DNA from: Rhizodiscina lignyota
Taxonomy: Eukaryota
Assembly (NCBI GenBank): GCA_010015805.1
Contig: ML978123.1
Span: forward strand, 2,604,001 to 2,668,000
Reading direction: 5' to 3'
Length of the DNA: 64,000 bases
The translations under genes were made by a program, and so were the position numbers. This document shows positions 40,077-52,738 of the stretch, one piece after another. How positions within the stretch are numbered: position 1 is the first letter of the stretch; the number at the start of each line of letters is the position of its first letter. The notes below the pieces were generated by a model. That model was not told the origin of the DNA. It saw only the letters and a program-made list of their open reading frames with translations, and made no database searches.

Positions 40077-41837
40077 ATGGCTAGCAGCGGCAACATCGGT
40101 TTGCAGCCTCCTTGCAAGATGCGATCTTCCATAGCTAACAGTTCAGCAGCTGAAGTGAATGCGAAGAGCTTCTCAGAGTATGTCTTCCAGCCCTCGAACG
40201 TATGCGCGCCCGAGTGGAGGAGATCGTCCTGGACTCGAGCATCGCATGCACTCCCAGCGTCTTCTCGTACAAGCAAATGCTAAGTCTCTGCGTCAAAGGT
40301 TGCTCTCCGGGCCGCTTGTAGACATCTACGTAGGAAAGGACAAGAGGCATTGGGCCCTGCACAGGAACCTCCTCTGTTACCACTCCCAGTACTTTCAATC
40401 CGAGCTCGAGCCACCGCAATTGAACGACGGGTCACCGCAATCGAAGAAGAAGAGTCCTACCTCTTCAAAGGACGAGCTCCGCCTCGAATTCCTAGAGGAG
40501 GACCCTAAAGGATTCGAACTATTCATTAGGTGGATGTATCAGGGCAAGATAGATGATGTGGACAACATACTAGACGACCAGGAAAAGTACGAATACGCAG
40601 TGGCTTGTCATAAGCTCTACAACCTGTGCAGCAAGTTCGAAATGCCGGCGCTTAAGAATTTGGCAATCGACCAGTACCGGAAGGGGCTCCACACGACTGA
40701 GCTGGTTCCAGATGCAGAGGAGATCGATCAAATATACCGAGCTTCGCCAGTTGCGTCACCATTTCGACGATTGATGACGAAAATTGCAGCTCGCCAGATT
40801 ATGGACCCCGATACTGACAAGGACGCGGAAAGCTACAGGCGATGCTTTGAAAGTAATCCTGATTTCTGCATTGATCTCGTCAATGCGATTAAGGATGGAA
40901 GTGGAGGTTTCCTGTTCGAGGACCCGACTGCCGGCGATGAATGTGAGTATCACGATCACTCGAATGGTCCGCATTGCCACATAAAGAAGAAAGGCAGAGC
41001 AGGTAAATAATCCAGCATCTCCTCGGCTGTAAGCCCCACGTCAGCGTCGACGCAGCCCAGCACCCACAATGTTCTGAGATTGGAGTTCTAGAGTATTAGA
41101 TCAATAACCTCTTATCCGCCTCAGAACCAGCCTCGACTCTTCAAGCATCGGCCGGTGCGCCAAAATCTATCGGCGCGCTAAACTCCATCACTCCGTCGGG
41201 TAAAAAAGAGCAACAGCGGCCCTTTCGGCCGCCGTCCCAACCTCCCGATCCTCCTCCGACAGCAACCGACGCCTCCGCCGAACCAAAATCACTTAATCCG
41301 AGCGACATCCCCTCCTCGCCCGCACTTCGTCATCCCTCACCACCCACACCACCTCCGTCGCCACCAAAGCACCTCAGTCCTCCAGTCACGCCCCAGCGCA
41401 GTGTCAGCTTCGCCGCGACTCCTTCCTCGAGACCTCCCCCAACCCCCACGCCCGGTCGCACTATCCCAGCCAGCACCAGCAGTCTCCCAGGAATCCTTAA
41501 GCAGCAGCCTCCCACCCCCACCCCTCCCCCAAGGAGTGCAAGCAGTGCCATCATCACGGGACGGCCAGCGCCCTTCGCAACCCCAACCGGACAGCGGCTC
41601 CAGCGCGCAAGAGGAACAGGCTCTGCTCCAGCCAAATCCTATGCAGCTGCCGCCCAGCGAGGCCCTCCAAGGTCCCCCGCTGGATCTATGGGAGCTGTGG
41701 CAGGTAGCAGTCCAGCCATCTACACTACTCCACCGACCTCAGTCACCAGCAATACCAGCGCCTCCTCCACAGACAGAAACGGAAAGAGGGCGCCGCCAAA
41801 GCTCAGAAGAGGCCCGAAGTCTGGATCCGGCGCCTAG
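40077..41837 (+). CDS. BTB/POZ-domain protein with Pro/Ser-rich tail, spliced
   Basis: Motifs LVDIYVGKDKRHWALHRNLLCYHSQYF, LEEDPKGFELFIRWMY and LKNLAID. Short 5' exons and the 3' exon are inferred from GT..AG sites. Confidence 0.8.
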
Positions 41838-41944
41838 TGTCTCAGAGCGTCCAAGTATTATTGGCAAGAGGAAGAGATGGAGTTTTTGGTAGTTTGGACG
41901 GGATATCATTCCATATATGTGATATACTTGCTATCTATTTAAAT

Positions 41945-43290
41945 TTACGAGGCCATGTTTGGACGTTTGAAATGTACGTTGGGACCGACAATATACTGTA
42001 TATCTTGTATAGAGTCATGGTATATATTTCTCGAGCATCTCTTTCCACGTAGCTGAACCGTCGACTTGATCAGTGTGACCCCCGACATCCGCCCCACGCG
42101 CCGTGGGCCGCCGGTCAGCTTGTTGTACGGTATACAGGCGTATCGAGTGCGCAATATGGCTCCATGCGCATAATGTCCAGGCGTGAGTCCTACCTCGCTA
42201 GCATCTAAGTCGTAGTAGACCCAGATCATGATCCAGTGTCATTCCCCCAAAAGATTTTCCGAAGCACTCGTGCTTCCATATAGAGATTCTCCTTAGGGAA
42301 TGTATCAATTCTGGCGCTGAAGTCATCACCTTCGTTATCGTCTTCCAACTTTACCTGCTTTCCCGTAATATTGCCACTCGCGACGTCAGTGTTCTCTTTT
42401 GCCTTCTTCGTAGCCGGGGCCTTCATCTCTCGATGCGTTCCAAATTCTTAGAAAAACAATGAATGCTCTCAGAGCCTTATATTCTGACTCTGGGAAATAT
42501 TTTCGACCGCTTGTCACTGAGTAAATTTATTCTCATTTGGAGTATCTTTTCGGCCTCTTTGCCACGCGGAAGTTGTACCCCCGTCTGCCTTTTGGGCTTG
42601 CGGTGCCGCGCTTGTCTGCTGCAACCTCTTTCGTCTCCTTATTCTTCTGATCATTTCGAACTTCCCTTATCAGCATACTTTCCCCGACCTCTTGCCGCAA
42701 TGAGCACTGTGCGCCATAGTCATCGTATCGGCAATTGCCGCATACGTTCGAGAACCAGCCCTTAACGTAGATACATGACTTCGTACCATTAGCAGATGTA
42801 TCTTACAACCAAGAAGAACTTACAGCAAAGGGACCATGACCGTCAGGCGACCTCTCGACTGGCTGACAGAGAGTGCAGGGCTTTCCTTTAGCGCCGCTAT
42901 ATTTCATAAGTTAAATATATGCAATATAGTACGAGACCTCAGACAGCTAAATTATACTTACACAGCCTGAATTAAAACTGCCTCAAATGTTCGGGCGTAC
43001 GACTCTCGTTCTGCCGGAATTGTGCGGCCTTTCTTGAGCAAGACATCTGAATACTCCAGGTACCTTCTCGACAACAGCGCTCTTGCTTCCGCTATCCAAT
43101 TGATTCCTTTATTGAGCTCCGTACTATTAGCATCTTATACTGTAAATCCCGATACAGCTCAACTTACCTCACCGCCTGTTGTCGCAATCAAGAAATCATC
43201 CTCATCGGTTGTCGTAGCCTTAAGCTTGAGCCTCCGGTTGCTGTTAAAGTTGTGCAGTGCCATTATATAATTAATATGGCGAACGGCATC
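41945..43290 (-). pseudogene. Probable degraded multi-exon gene relic
   Basis: Protein-like fragments flanked by GT..AG-like sites (e.g. LNKGINWIAEARALLSRRYLEYSDVLLKK), but with an apparent frameshift near 42230 and in-frame stops. No family recognised. Confidence 0.3.
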
Positions 43291-43559
43291 ACAGAATCGC
43301 AACCAAAACAAGTGATAATCTGCGACATCGAAGGCTTATAAATTAAGGGACGAGAGAATGGGAGGCCCTCAAGGTACGAAAAGAAAGAACGCTATACAAA
43401 CTCGGACAACTGTGGAGAGCCGGTGCATTATTCTAATGCAAGACTAAAGGCCGTAAGAGAATATTTAGTTTGCAGGGCAAACTGTAACACCTTTGAAGGC
43501 AGCTGTAGGATATTACTACACGATGGTCACATCACCATCCAACGACCAGCGCGTCCCGG

Positions 43560-43750
43560 AATAACTTTTTACCGGACATTAAAAATGTCGACCCCTAAGA
43601 AAATATCGATAAAGGCTATTTTATATCCTAAGAAAACAGTTTAAATTTCTAAATTTTATTAGATAGATATTAAAATAAAGCCTCTTATAAGTACTATACA
43701 AAAAATTAAGCTCTAAAGCCTAGCCGTTGTAACGTTATCTAATAAAGTAT
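43560..43750. repeat. AT/TpA-rich island, possible RIP-mutated repeat or transposon remnant
   Basis: Abrupt drop in GC with many TpA dinucleotides (ttatatcctaagaaaacagtttaaatttctaaattttattagatagatattaaaataaag), unlike its roughly balanced-GC surroundings. Confidence 0.4.
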
Positions 43751-44845
43751 TCCGTGCTGAGCGTTAGGCGATGATGTGACCATCTTGTAGTAATATCCTA
43801 CAGCTAAGGACGGGAAGTCACTCATGCACTTCGAGGTAAGCGAGATTGTGTCCGAAAGCTTAGTTCTATGTTCTCGAGAGTGTATATGACATTAACGGGC
43901 CTTTCAAAATCTTCTATCTTTATTACTTACGCAGTGAGCTGAAGCGTGAGCCGCGTGTATGTGTAATTTGCGTTCGATTGTACGCGAAGGCAATACATTC
44001 TAACTGTTCTCGGTCTTGAAAGTTGCAGTCAACTCTTTGTCGTGCGCTCTCTAGAGTGGCCTTTCCGTATTCTCAACACAGCGTTGTGCTTCTTCCCGTT
44101 CTTCTTTTACTATTCCGATCCGCATGATTAAAGTACGGTTCCACGTCACATCGTCGTTCTTGCAGGAGCTTCGCAGGAGTGCTTGAGATGCTGCTCTTAG
44201 CCACAATGCTCTTTTCCGCCAACGTCACATGTGTATCTGTAGTCCATCTTCTAATAATTTATCCGCTTTTCTTCTGTTTGCTGCACAAGTGACCTTGGAG
44301 TCTATCTTCAACTCCAACCGACTCTCTTCTGTCTCTCCAATCTGATATCAAAGTCCGTAGTGCCAATATCATCCCTCAATCATCCCTTACCCTCACCTGA
44401 ATCCTCGGCTGTTTACATGGCAGCACTTACATATTGTTCGATCCCTGCCATCTCATAACGATATTATTTATTGCAAATGGAGTAGTATTTCGGTCTTCTC
44501 TAGAGTCTAAGACTCTGAGTTGGAGAATGGTCTAAGGGTCCTTGACCCTTGCACTCGTTCCCCTAGCCTCCGACTTTTCTAAACCCTGTCCACTCCGCTT
44601 CTTAACCGATGAATGATTGGCCAGACTAGAAATCCTCTTCGGCGAAAAAGTGTCATGCAATCGCCGCTGTTTCTTCAGGTATTATTCTCCGCATAAACCA
44701 GTGAGTACTCCGTATGTACTGCATTATCGAGGGAAGCGACCTCAACGAGTGAAACGAGTGATTAGTCTCCGGCAAATGTAGTAGGCAGTGCGATCTGTAA
44801 TCCTGCATCACCGCCCTCCAACGTGAGAGTAGCTACGGCTGGATG

Positions 44846-44851
44846 CCGAGG
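44846..44851. promoter_or_regulatory. FarA/FarB-type CCGAGG motif upstream of the thiolase; a second copy, CCTCGG, at 44403-44408
   Basis: Both hexamers read directly. The site is expected upstream of beta-oxidation genes. Confidence 0.5.
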
Positions 44852-45013
44852 TTCTTCATCGCCGTTAAGAGCCGTGCCGACGGATCTTCCCCACCAGCCA
44901 TAAAGCCTCCCCAGCTTTTCACCCAAGCACATTTTCGGCGGTCACCAATTCAAACTAGCATTCCAATTTCGTGATTTCTTCTTTAATCCTTTTCGGTACA
45001 ACACATTTACAAC

Positions 45014-46444
45014 ATGGCCTACGATCGTCTAAAGTCAATCGCCGCCCAGGTCACAGGACGCAGCGGACTCGCCGCGATGTAAGAGAACCCCACTCGCCAC
45101 AGAGCTCCGCACTCGTTCAGATGCTAAACACCATATACTTTTGCAGACAAAGCAAGAACCCCGACGATGTTGTGATCACTCTCGCAATCCGAACGCCGCT
45201 CACCAAGGCCAAGAAGGGAGGCTTTAAGGACACGCACCTTGATGCCCTGGCCGTAAAACTCCTCAAAGAAGTCGTCAAGCGCTCCAACATCGACCCACAA
45301 CTAGTTGAGGACGTGTGCTTGGGAAATGTGCGTACTGAAAGTGGTATGATCCATCCCGTTGCTTTGCGCGCTGACGAAAGGACGCATGTCAATAGGTCTC
45401 CGATGCTAAAGCTGCCTACTACGCTCGCGCCGCTGCCCTCGGCGCCGGTTTCCCCAATACCACTGCCGCGTCCTCCGTAAACAGATTCTGCTCGTCGGGC
45501 TTGAAGGCGGTACAAGATATTGCGAACCAGATCAGCATGGGAAGCATCGACTGTGGTGTTGCTATCGGTGCTGAGAGCATGAGCATGGGTGGTGACAGGC
45601 TGACTCGTCCCTTCGACGACGAGGTTCTCGAGAACCAAGAGGCAAGGGATTGCATGCAGCCTATGGGTCAGACATCAGAGAACGTTGGCAACGACTTCAA
45701 CATCACCCGCGAGATGCAAGACCGATATGCGGCGGAGTCTTACCACCGCGCAGAGGTTGCGCAGAAGAATGGCTGGTTCGACGACGAAATCGTTCCGATC
45801 AAGACGAAGGTAAAGGACCCGAAGACGGGTGAGGAGAAGGAGGTTGTTCTCACAAAGGACGAGGGCCCAAGATGGGGTACCACATACGAGGCGCTGAGCA
45901 AGATTCGTCCAGCTTTCATGCCCCACGGTGACAAGAGCACTGGTGGAAACTCCAGTCAGGTCACCGATGGTGCGGCAGCTGTGCTTCTTATGAAGAGGTC
46001 AATGGCACAGGAGCTGGGCCAGCCTATCCTTGCCAAGTTTGTCGGTGCCACTATTGCTGGTCTCGCCCCGAGAATCATGGGTATCGGTCCATCGATCGCA
46101 ATCCCCAAGCTTCTGACCAAGTTCAACATCTCGATCGACGATATCGATGTCATCGAATTGAACGAGGCTTTCGCCTCAATGGCAGTGTACTGCCTTAACG
46201 AGCTCAAGATTGATCACTCGAAGATGAACATTCGCGGTGGTGCTATTGCTCTGGGTCACCCGCTGGGTGCCACTGGTACCAGACAGATTGTCACAGGTCT
46301 CAGCGAGTGCAGGAGGCAGAACAAGAAGATCCTTTTGACGAGCATGTGCATTGGTACTGGGCAGGGGTAAGTTCTCCATCCTTGATAACACAAAGCAATC
46401 TAACGTTGCGTAGCATGGCTGGGCTTTTCGTCAATGAGCAGTAA
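45014..46444 (+). CDS. Peroxisomal 3-ketoacyl-CoA thiolase (Pot1/Fox3 family), spliced
   Basis: N-terminal PTS2-like RLKSIAAQV. Motifs NRFCSSGL (catalytic Cys), ELNEAFA, GGAIALGHPLGATG and SMCIGTGQG. Ends LFVNEQ*. Confidence 0.95.
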
Positions 46445-47348
46445 ATAGTGGTTCTCTCAATCAAAAATGTTGCGTGCACATAAATGGAAGAGACATTTCT
46501 TGATGCTCTAAGATACACATAGCGCCATTAGCAGCCCGCTTGCCACGTCCTTTCCCTCGTTTGTTGTTCTGTCAACACTTACCTGCTTCCCTGAAATATT
46601 CCGCTCAGGTCCGGTTTTCAGAGTGCCCCTGTAATACTCACCTTATTTTTATATGCATCTTCCTCACAATTACAGACAAAGTGAAATGTGAAGCATCGTC
46701 CGAATATTTTCAATTTCGTTTTGGAGGCAACGTTATTCTCGTGAACCCGGCGAAGAAATCCGGAACCGGCATATGCGCAAATTCCGCATGCATTGGATCT
46801 GCATTCAGGTTGCTCGAGCCCAGTCTTCTCGTTCTCGTTATTTCGCTCCAGGGGCGCGCGAAGATGCAGCATGGCTGACAGATGCAAGCCCACGCCGAGC
46901 GCGACCCCAACTCGACGTCACACGAAACCGAGCGCCGAGAAACTTCGCGACCTAGATCACACTCTAATCCATCCGATACTCGATGGCCACCATACCATTC
47001 TGTCCAGAGACCAATGATGCCTTCACGTAATTATTATTTTCCCTCACGAAACTCACCCTCCGATGTGCCGGTTGATAGAGCGATGTCCAAATCTGTCAAT
47101 CCAACGCGAAGGATGAACGAACTGCAGGACACCTGCATGATTGCAATGTTGAGATCGCGCCTCGCTCTTCCAAAGAGGCGCCATGCGTATTAAGAGGTGT
47201 TTAGCCAGATAAACGATATATTTGAAGGTATAAGTATCTCAAGCAACGGATAGAGCTTATGTTCCCCTCCAACGCTACATTGAAGGTCAAGAAAGCCTCA
47301 GCTCAGTTTCCCCCGATTTTCAAAGCCTCTCGTCAAAGAAACGAATAA

Positions 47349-48199
47349 ATGGCCTCCCCGCAGTCAAGCCGCCTGGACGGCAAGGTAGCGTTGGTCACTG
47401 GAAGCAGCCGTGGCATGGGACGACAGAATGCCATCGAGCTTGCCGCTCGCGGTGCGGATCTTGTTATCAACTATGTCCACGGCGCGGACGCTGCCAACGA
47501 CGTTGTCAAAGAGATCGAGAAATTGGGTCGCAAGGCAATTGCGATCCAGGCCGACATGTCCAAGCCTGCTGAGATTGCGGACCTCTTCGACCAGGCAGTC
47601 AAGCACTACAGCCAACTCAACATTGTCGTCTCGAACTCCGGCGTCGAATCATTCGAACATATCAGCAAAATCACGCCTGAAGAGTTCGATCGCGTCTTCC
47701 ATATCAACACCCGTGGGCAGCTGCTCGTGGCTCAGCAGGCGTACAAGCATTTGTCTACCGGCGGACATCTGATTATGCTATCTTCCATTTCTGCGAAGGC
47801 CAAAGGCGTCAAGAACCACGCAGTCTACTCCGGTAGTAAGGCTGCAGTGGAGGCGTTTGCTCGTTGCTTGGCCTCGGATATGGGAGACAAGAAGATTACC
47901 GTCAACGCCATTGCGCCTGGAGGCATCCAGACAGATATGGCGGCGGAGGCGGCCCGGATGTACCTCCCAGCTGATAAACAGGATCTCCCAGATGAAGAAG
48001 TCGTCAAGCTTATTGCGGGCCTTAGCCCCCTTGATCGAAGCAAGCCCCATAGTGTCAGCAATGTGACGAAGAATTTCGCTAATCAAGTACAGTGGGTTAT
48101 CCTCAGGACGTCGCTCGTGTCGTTGCGTTCCTCGCCTCTGACGATTCGGAGTGGGTCAACGGCCAGACTATTGAGATCTCAGGCGGTGCCATGATGTAG
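47349..48199 (+). CDS. Short-chain dehydrogenase/reductase of the hydroxynaphthalene reductase / Ver-1 family; one GC-AG intron (48040-48092)
   Basis: Motifs [35 protein letters not shown] and [18 protein letters not shown]. Splicing restores the C-terminus [27 protein letters not shown]. Confidence 0.88.
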
Positions 48200-49546
48200 C
48201 TTAAAATGACAGCTAATCGAAAATCGGGGTTTTTGGAAGGGAAGAAACCCGATGCATGTGACTGGAGGATTCATATGGACACTCTTTTAAAGGTTCTGAT
48301 TTTCAATTATTACCACTGTGCAACGCTCTTTTAGAATACATCAATACAATTTAACGGCCTCATCAATCTTCTCTGTATATATGGTGTAACCTCGTCTCCT
48401 TTTCACACCACGCTTTTCAAGCAAATTGAATCGAACTTTGTCAACCCACTTCAAGCAATACTTCTTGCGCACTATAAGACATCAGCAACGCACTCCAGTC
48501 ACCATCCACAGTAAGTTTGCACCAATTTATACAACTATCAAGGCAAAACAAAACAACAATGCTGTGCTATTCGAGCACCATTGTATGGGCCGTACATAAG
48601 AGCTCTCATATCGAACACTGGTGCTGGCAGAATCCGCGATGGTGCCTCTCTTGTGACTCAACAAGTCTTCGTTGTTAATATCAGCATATATTATTGGATT
48701 ATCGCGATGGTAGGTTCAAAGGCCAATACAATCCATATCTACAACTCCTCGTCATCTGTCAACCAGCACGACGCAAACGAATAACGGAAACGTTAGTTTT
48801 ATTGACTACATGAAATAAATTGTCTTCAGTCTTAATGGTGCCAAGTCAAGGGTAGCTGAAATCTTTTCACGGGACAATAAAGATATGTAGAGTATCAAGT
48901 TTGACAAGGTAGACAGGCAAGGCGGATGGCGCCTGTATAGAAATCGAGCCGAAGCTCAACCTTCACATGTAGGCCGAAAGCCGAGTGAGTTTACTTGGTT
49001 AAAATAATGAGATACCTACCTAGGCAAGCTGCAGTTGAGAGCGCGCAAATAGCCGAATTGAAGCTCAACTTCCAGGCGCAAGTCAGTAGCTCATTGAAAA
49101 TAATGAATCGAAGCAAAGCTCGGCCTATTCGTGTAAGCTGCAATTTGAACAACCCGCATATAAGCAAACTAAAGCTCGAGCTACGTGTATAAATAAGAAG
49201 TGAATAGCTACGAAACAGACAGCCAATCTCCGCACATAGTCTGACACTGGTGGCAGAGGGCTCTCTGATTTGCAGACAATTCCTCCACCCATAGTGCGAG
49301 GCCAGCGGAAGAAGGTGAACAGAATGAATACGCTAATCTCTGCGCATAGCGGGAAGGTCGCAGGAGAGATACGGCGGCTATTTGTCCCAGATTTCGGTAG
49401 CTCGTATTGCGAGTAAAGATGAAGCTGTTGGCATCCTTGTATCTAGCCCAAATCAGGAATAGTGCGGGATGAGGTCAAGACGCGCTTCTACGCGTTGGGA
49501 TCATCGCAAGTTGGGCAACTTCAAACAGTGCGAAGATGCACCCATT

Positions 49547-52422
49547 ATGGACGAAAGTGACCCATTCTATCCGTTTTCGGTGTCTGCAATCTGGACTACT
49601 CAAGCGACTGATCTCAACGAGGACGAACATCAGCCAGCGCTGTTTGCGCCATTCATAGCTGATAGTAAGAGGTTGATGCCTTTTTGCGCATTTTCAAGGT
49701 ACACTGACATCACATAGTACCGACAATCAAATTAGACAATCCCTACGCACCATCGAAGACCCTTAGTGAGGAGCTTGTGCTGCCGAAGCTCGAATCACTC
49801 GAATTACATGCCCCTGAAGACATAACTGCCTCGGACGGCTCGGTCTTTTCGTTTGGACCTGAGCAGGACCAGTTGGCCATCGATGATGAATATGATATAT
49901 GGGACGATATTCTGGAGGTTGAGGTGTCGGACCAAGGGAAGAAGCTGTACAGCTGGGAGGCTTTCGCGGACATAAACTATAAAGAGCCGGGGCCTGTGTA
50001 CATCTCTGAGGCCGGCCCCGACGCTTTCGACGCAGCGCTGCAGCATACTTGTCTTGCGACACCCGATAAACTTGGTCACGCATTAAGTGCCGATGTGCTA
50101 TTTCAGTCGCTTCTCGCCCTGGGCCTTGGGCGATCGTCACGCTTCTTCATGTTTAAGATAGAGCAGTCGAAGTTCGAGCAAGTTATCGAAGGAACTCGAA
50201 TGCCTGGCTATAGCCTGGAATCTTCGCAAGACTTCGTATTCGAAATGATGCGCAGTGGAAACGCAGTCAAATTCCTCCGACGATTTGCTGAGCGAGTTTA
50301 CGAAGCAACTTCACCGGCTCCTGGCCTCGTCGCGCTCGCTAGAGCGGTTGAGACCATCCTCTCTGCCTTTGAAGCCCATATTACCGAGCGCGCACCAACG
50401 TTAAGGAGCTTTCTACAGTTGGAATCCATCTTCGTTCAGGGTATCGAGGCGTTATGTAGCATCGAAGCTGCAGTGCGTGGTGTGGAACACGTCCGAACAG
50501 ATGAGGAACTGCTGTCTCTGCTCTTTACCTTCCACCGAGGAGTGGAGGAACAATCTAATGGCCTTCGATCTCTGTTTCGGCAAATATTTCGAGACGTTGC
50601 CCGACCTTGGCTTGAGAAGGCCGGGATGTGGGCTGGGCTTGGGCTACAGCAACAATACGCAACGGGCTCCGATGAACTGGAACCTGCCTTCGTCAAGACC
50701 CCTAAAGAACTTCCTGATAATGGGGTGCGTGCCAGTGCTGAAGTTAGATTTGAGCCAGCAAATCTCCCTTCACCTATTTCTGAAGACCTTGGGGAAAGAC
50801 TATTTGAGATTGGACGCAGCCTCCGTCTCTTACGTACCCATCACAGCGAACATCCGTTATGCGACTCGACTAAGCAGAACAACTCCCCGCCTAAGCTGGA
50901 TCTTGCCTTCAATTGGGATGACGTACATCGTATCACGACAGAGGCTGCAAGCTATGAACAAAGCTTGGCCACTGCTGTGCTGCACTATCAAGATGAAGCG
51001 CCAGGTCTGAGCCGGCAGCGCTCTGTTGCAACATCTATCATGAAAGACACGGCGCGTTCTACTGAGGGTGAATTTTCTCCTGTGACCTGGGATCAATTTG
51101 CAAACGACATTCTCGAAGGACCCTCAGCATACAATTCATCGGCTCCCACCGCCCTTCTACCAAACCAGCTTCACGAATTAACCTTGTCTGCGCTCAATAA
51201 TGAAATCACGGACCCTGATTATGCATTTCATCCAGAACTTTCCCTGGCACCAACGCTCTCGTTCTCCCCTCTGCTTACAGCACAAGCACGTCTCGTCTAT
51301 GCCGCTACTCTCCGATTATTCTTTCGCTCGCATCATCTCCGTGCGCATCTTGAGCTACAACATGAGTTCCATCTGCTGGGTAATGGTTCGTTTGTTACCA
51401 AAATCACCTCCGCCCTGTTCGACCCCGAACGCGCAACAGCCGAACGTAAGCGCGGCGTTATGCGGACAGGCGAGCAAATGGGTTTACGGCTAGGCACACG
51501 AAGTACATGGCCTCCAGCGAGCTCTGAGCTGCAACTAGCCTTGATGGGGATTTTATCAGATTGCTATGGGCAGTCAAAGATATCGACTTTGTTCGGCAAA
51601 TCCCAGCTCGAACGAAATGAAAGAGGAGATATACCGGGTAATCTCAGTTTCGCCGTTCGTCAACTGCCACCAGAGGAAGTAGAGAAGTGCATGGACCCGG
51701 ACTCGCTTTACGCGCTGGACTTCCTTCGCCTGCAATACTCACCGCCTTCTCCTCTAGGTGCTATTATCACACCGGCTAGCTTGGAAAGGTACGACGCTAT
51801 ATTCAAAGCTCTGCTTCGACTCCTTCGCATGCTTTTCGTCGTCGAACATCTACCACGCCGTGGCCTTTCCCTAACGCAGCAGAAATTCAGACTTGAGGTG
51901 ACACACTTCGTCTCCGCCAGCGCCAGGTATTTCTTTGATGCCGGTGTTAGAGATGCTTGGGCAGCATTCTCCAAGTATCTAGCTAGCGTGGAGAGACGCT
52001 TGGAGAAGGAAGACGAGACAGAGAGCTTGGGGCGTTTTGTCAGTGAGGGTTTGGACGACCTCAGGAAAGCGCATGAGCGGTGCTTGGACCAGATCATGTT
52101 TTCGCTCCTGCTAAGGAAGAGGCAGGTGCAGGTGATGGCGCTGCTCGAGGAGATTTTCGGCGTCGTCTTATCCTTCGCAAAGACGTGCGCTGCAGTTCCC
52201 GTGGATCGTATCACGGCAGAGGAGGAGCTTTCCAAACTCAGAGACACGTTCAAGAGCAAGGTCACAGTATTCCTGAACGTCTGCCGTGGTCTCATTGGAA
52301 AGAAAGGTTACGGCAAAGTAACAAACTGGGATGGGAACGGTTCTATGAGTGGGGAAGATAACACCATTGATAGGCTGCTGCTGGCGTTAGAGATGAATGG
52401 CTATTATGGGAGCCACTTGTGA
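49547..52422 (+). CDS. Gamma-tubulin complex component (Spc97/Spc98 family, GCP6/Alp16-like)
   Basis: GRIP-like motifs HLELQHEFHLLGNG, LDFLRLQYSPPSPLGAIIT...YDAIFKALLRL and LRKAHERCLDQI. One short 5' intron. ACGCGT at 49490-49495. Confidence 0.85.
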
Positions 52423-52738
52423 TGTTACTCGAGATACCCTCAAATGCAAGAATTGATGACTGGTTTTGTTCTTGAAATTATTATTTTTGGTTTTCAGTAT
52501 ATACAACTAACAGGTACAATAGATACAAATCAATAAATACAAAGATCAAACAAGCCGTGCCGTTCGCAATGCCATGCTTTTAAGCGAGTGTCTTCCAGAG
52601 TACAAACTCTTAGCCCAAAAAAAACCAGAAAGCTATGTGCAAGAAAAATCCCATATGTATAAGAAAAATCGCAGGTCATGTCATAACCAATTTCCATCCC
52701 GGTATGTACAACTCCCAACTCAAAACAGCTCAGCGTAT

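Noticed and set aside
48940..49190. Weakly repeated AAGCTC/AAAATAATGA words in the intergenic region
   Set aside because: Too degenerate to define a repeat unit or element.
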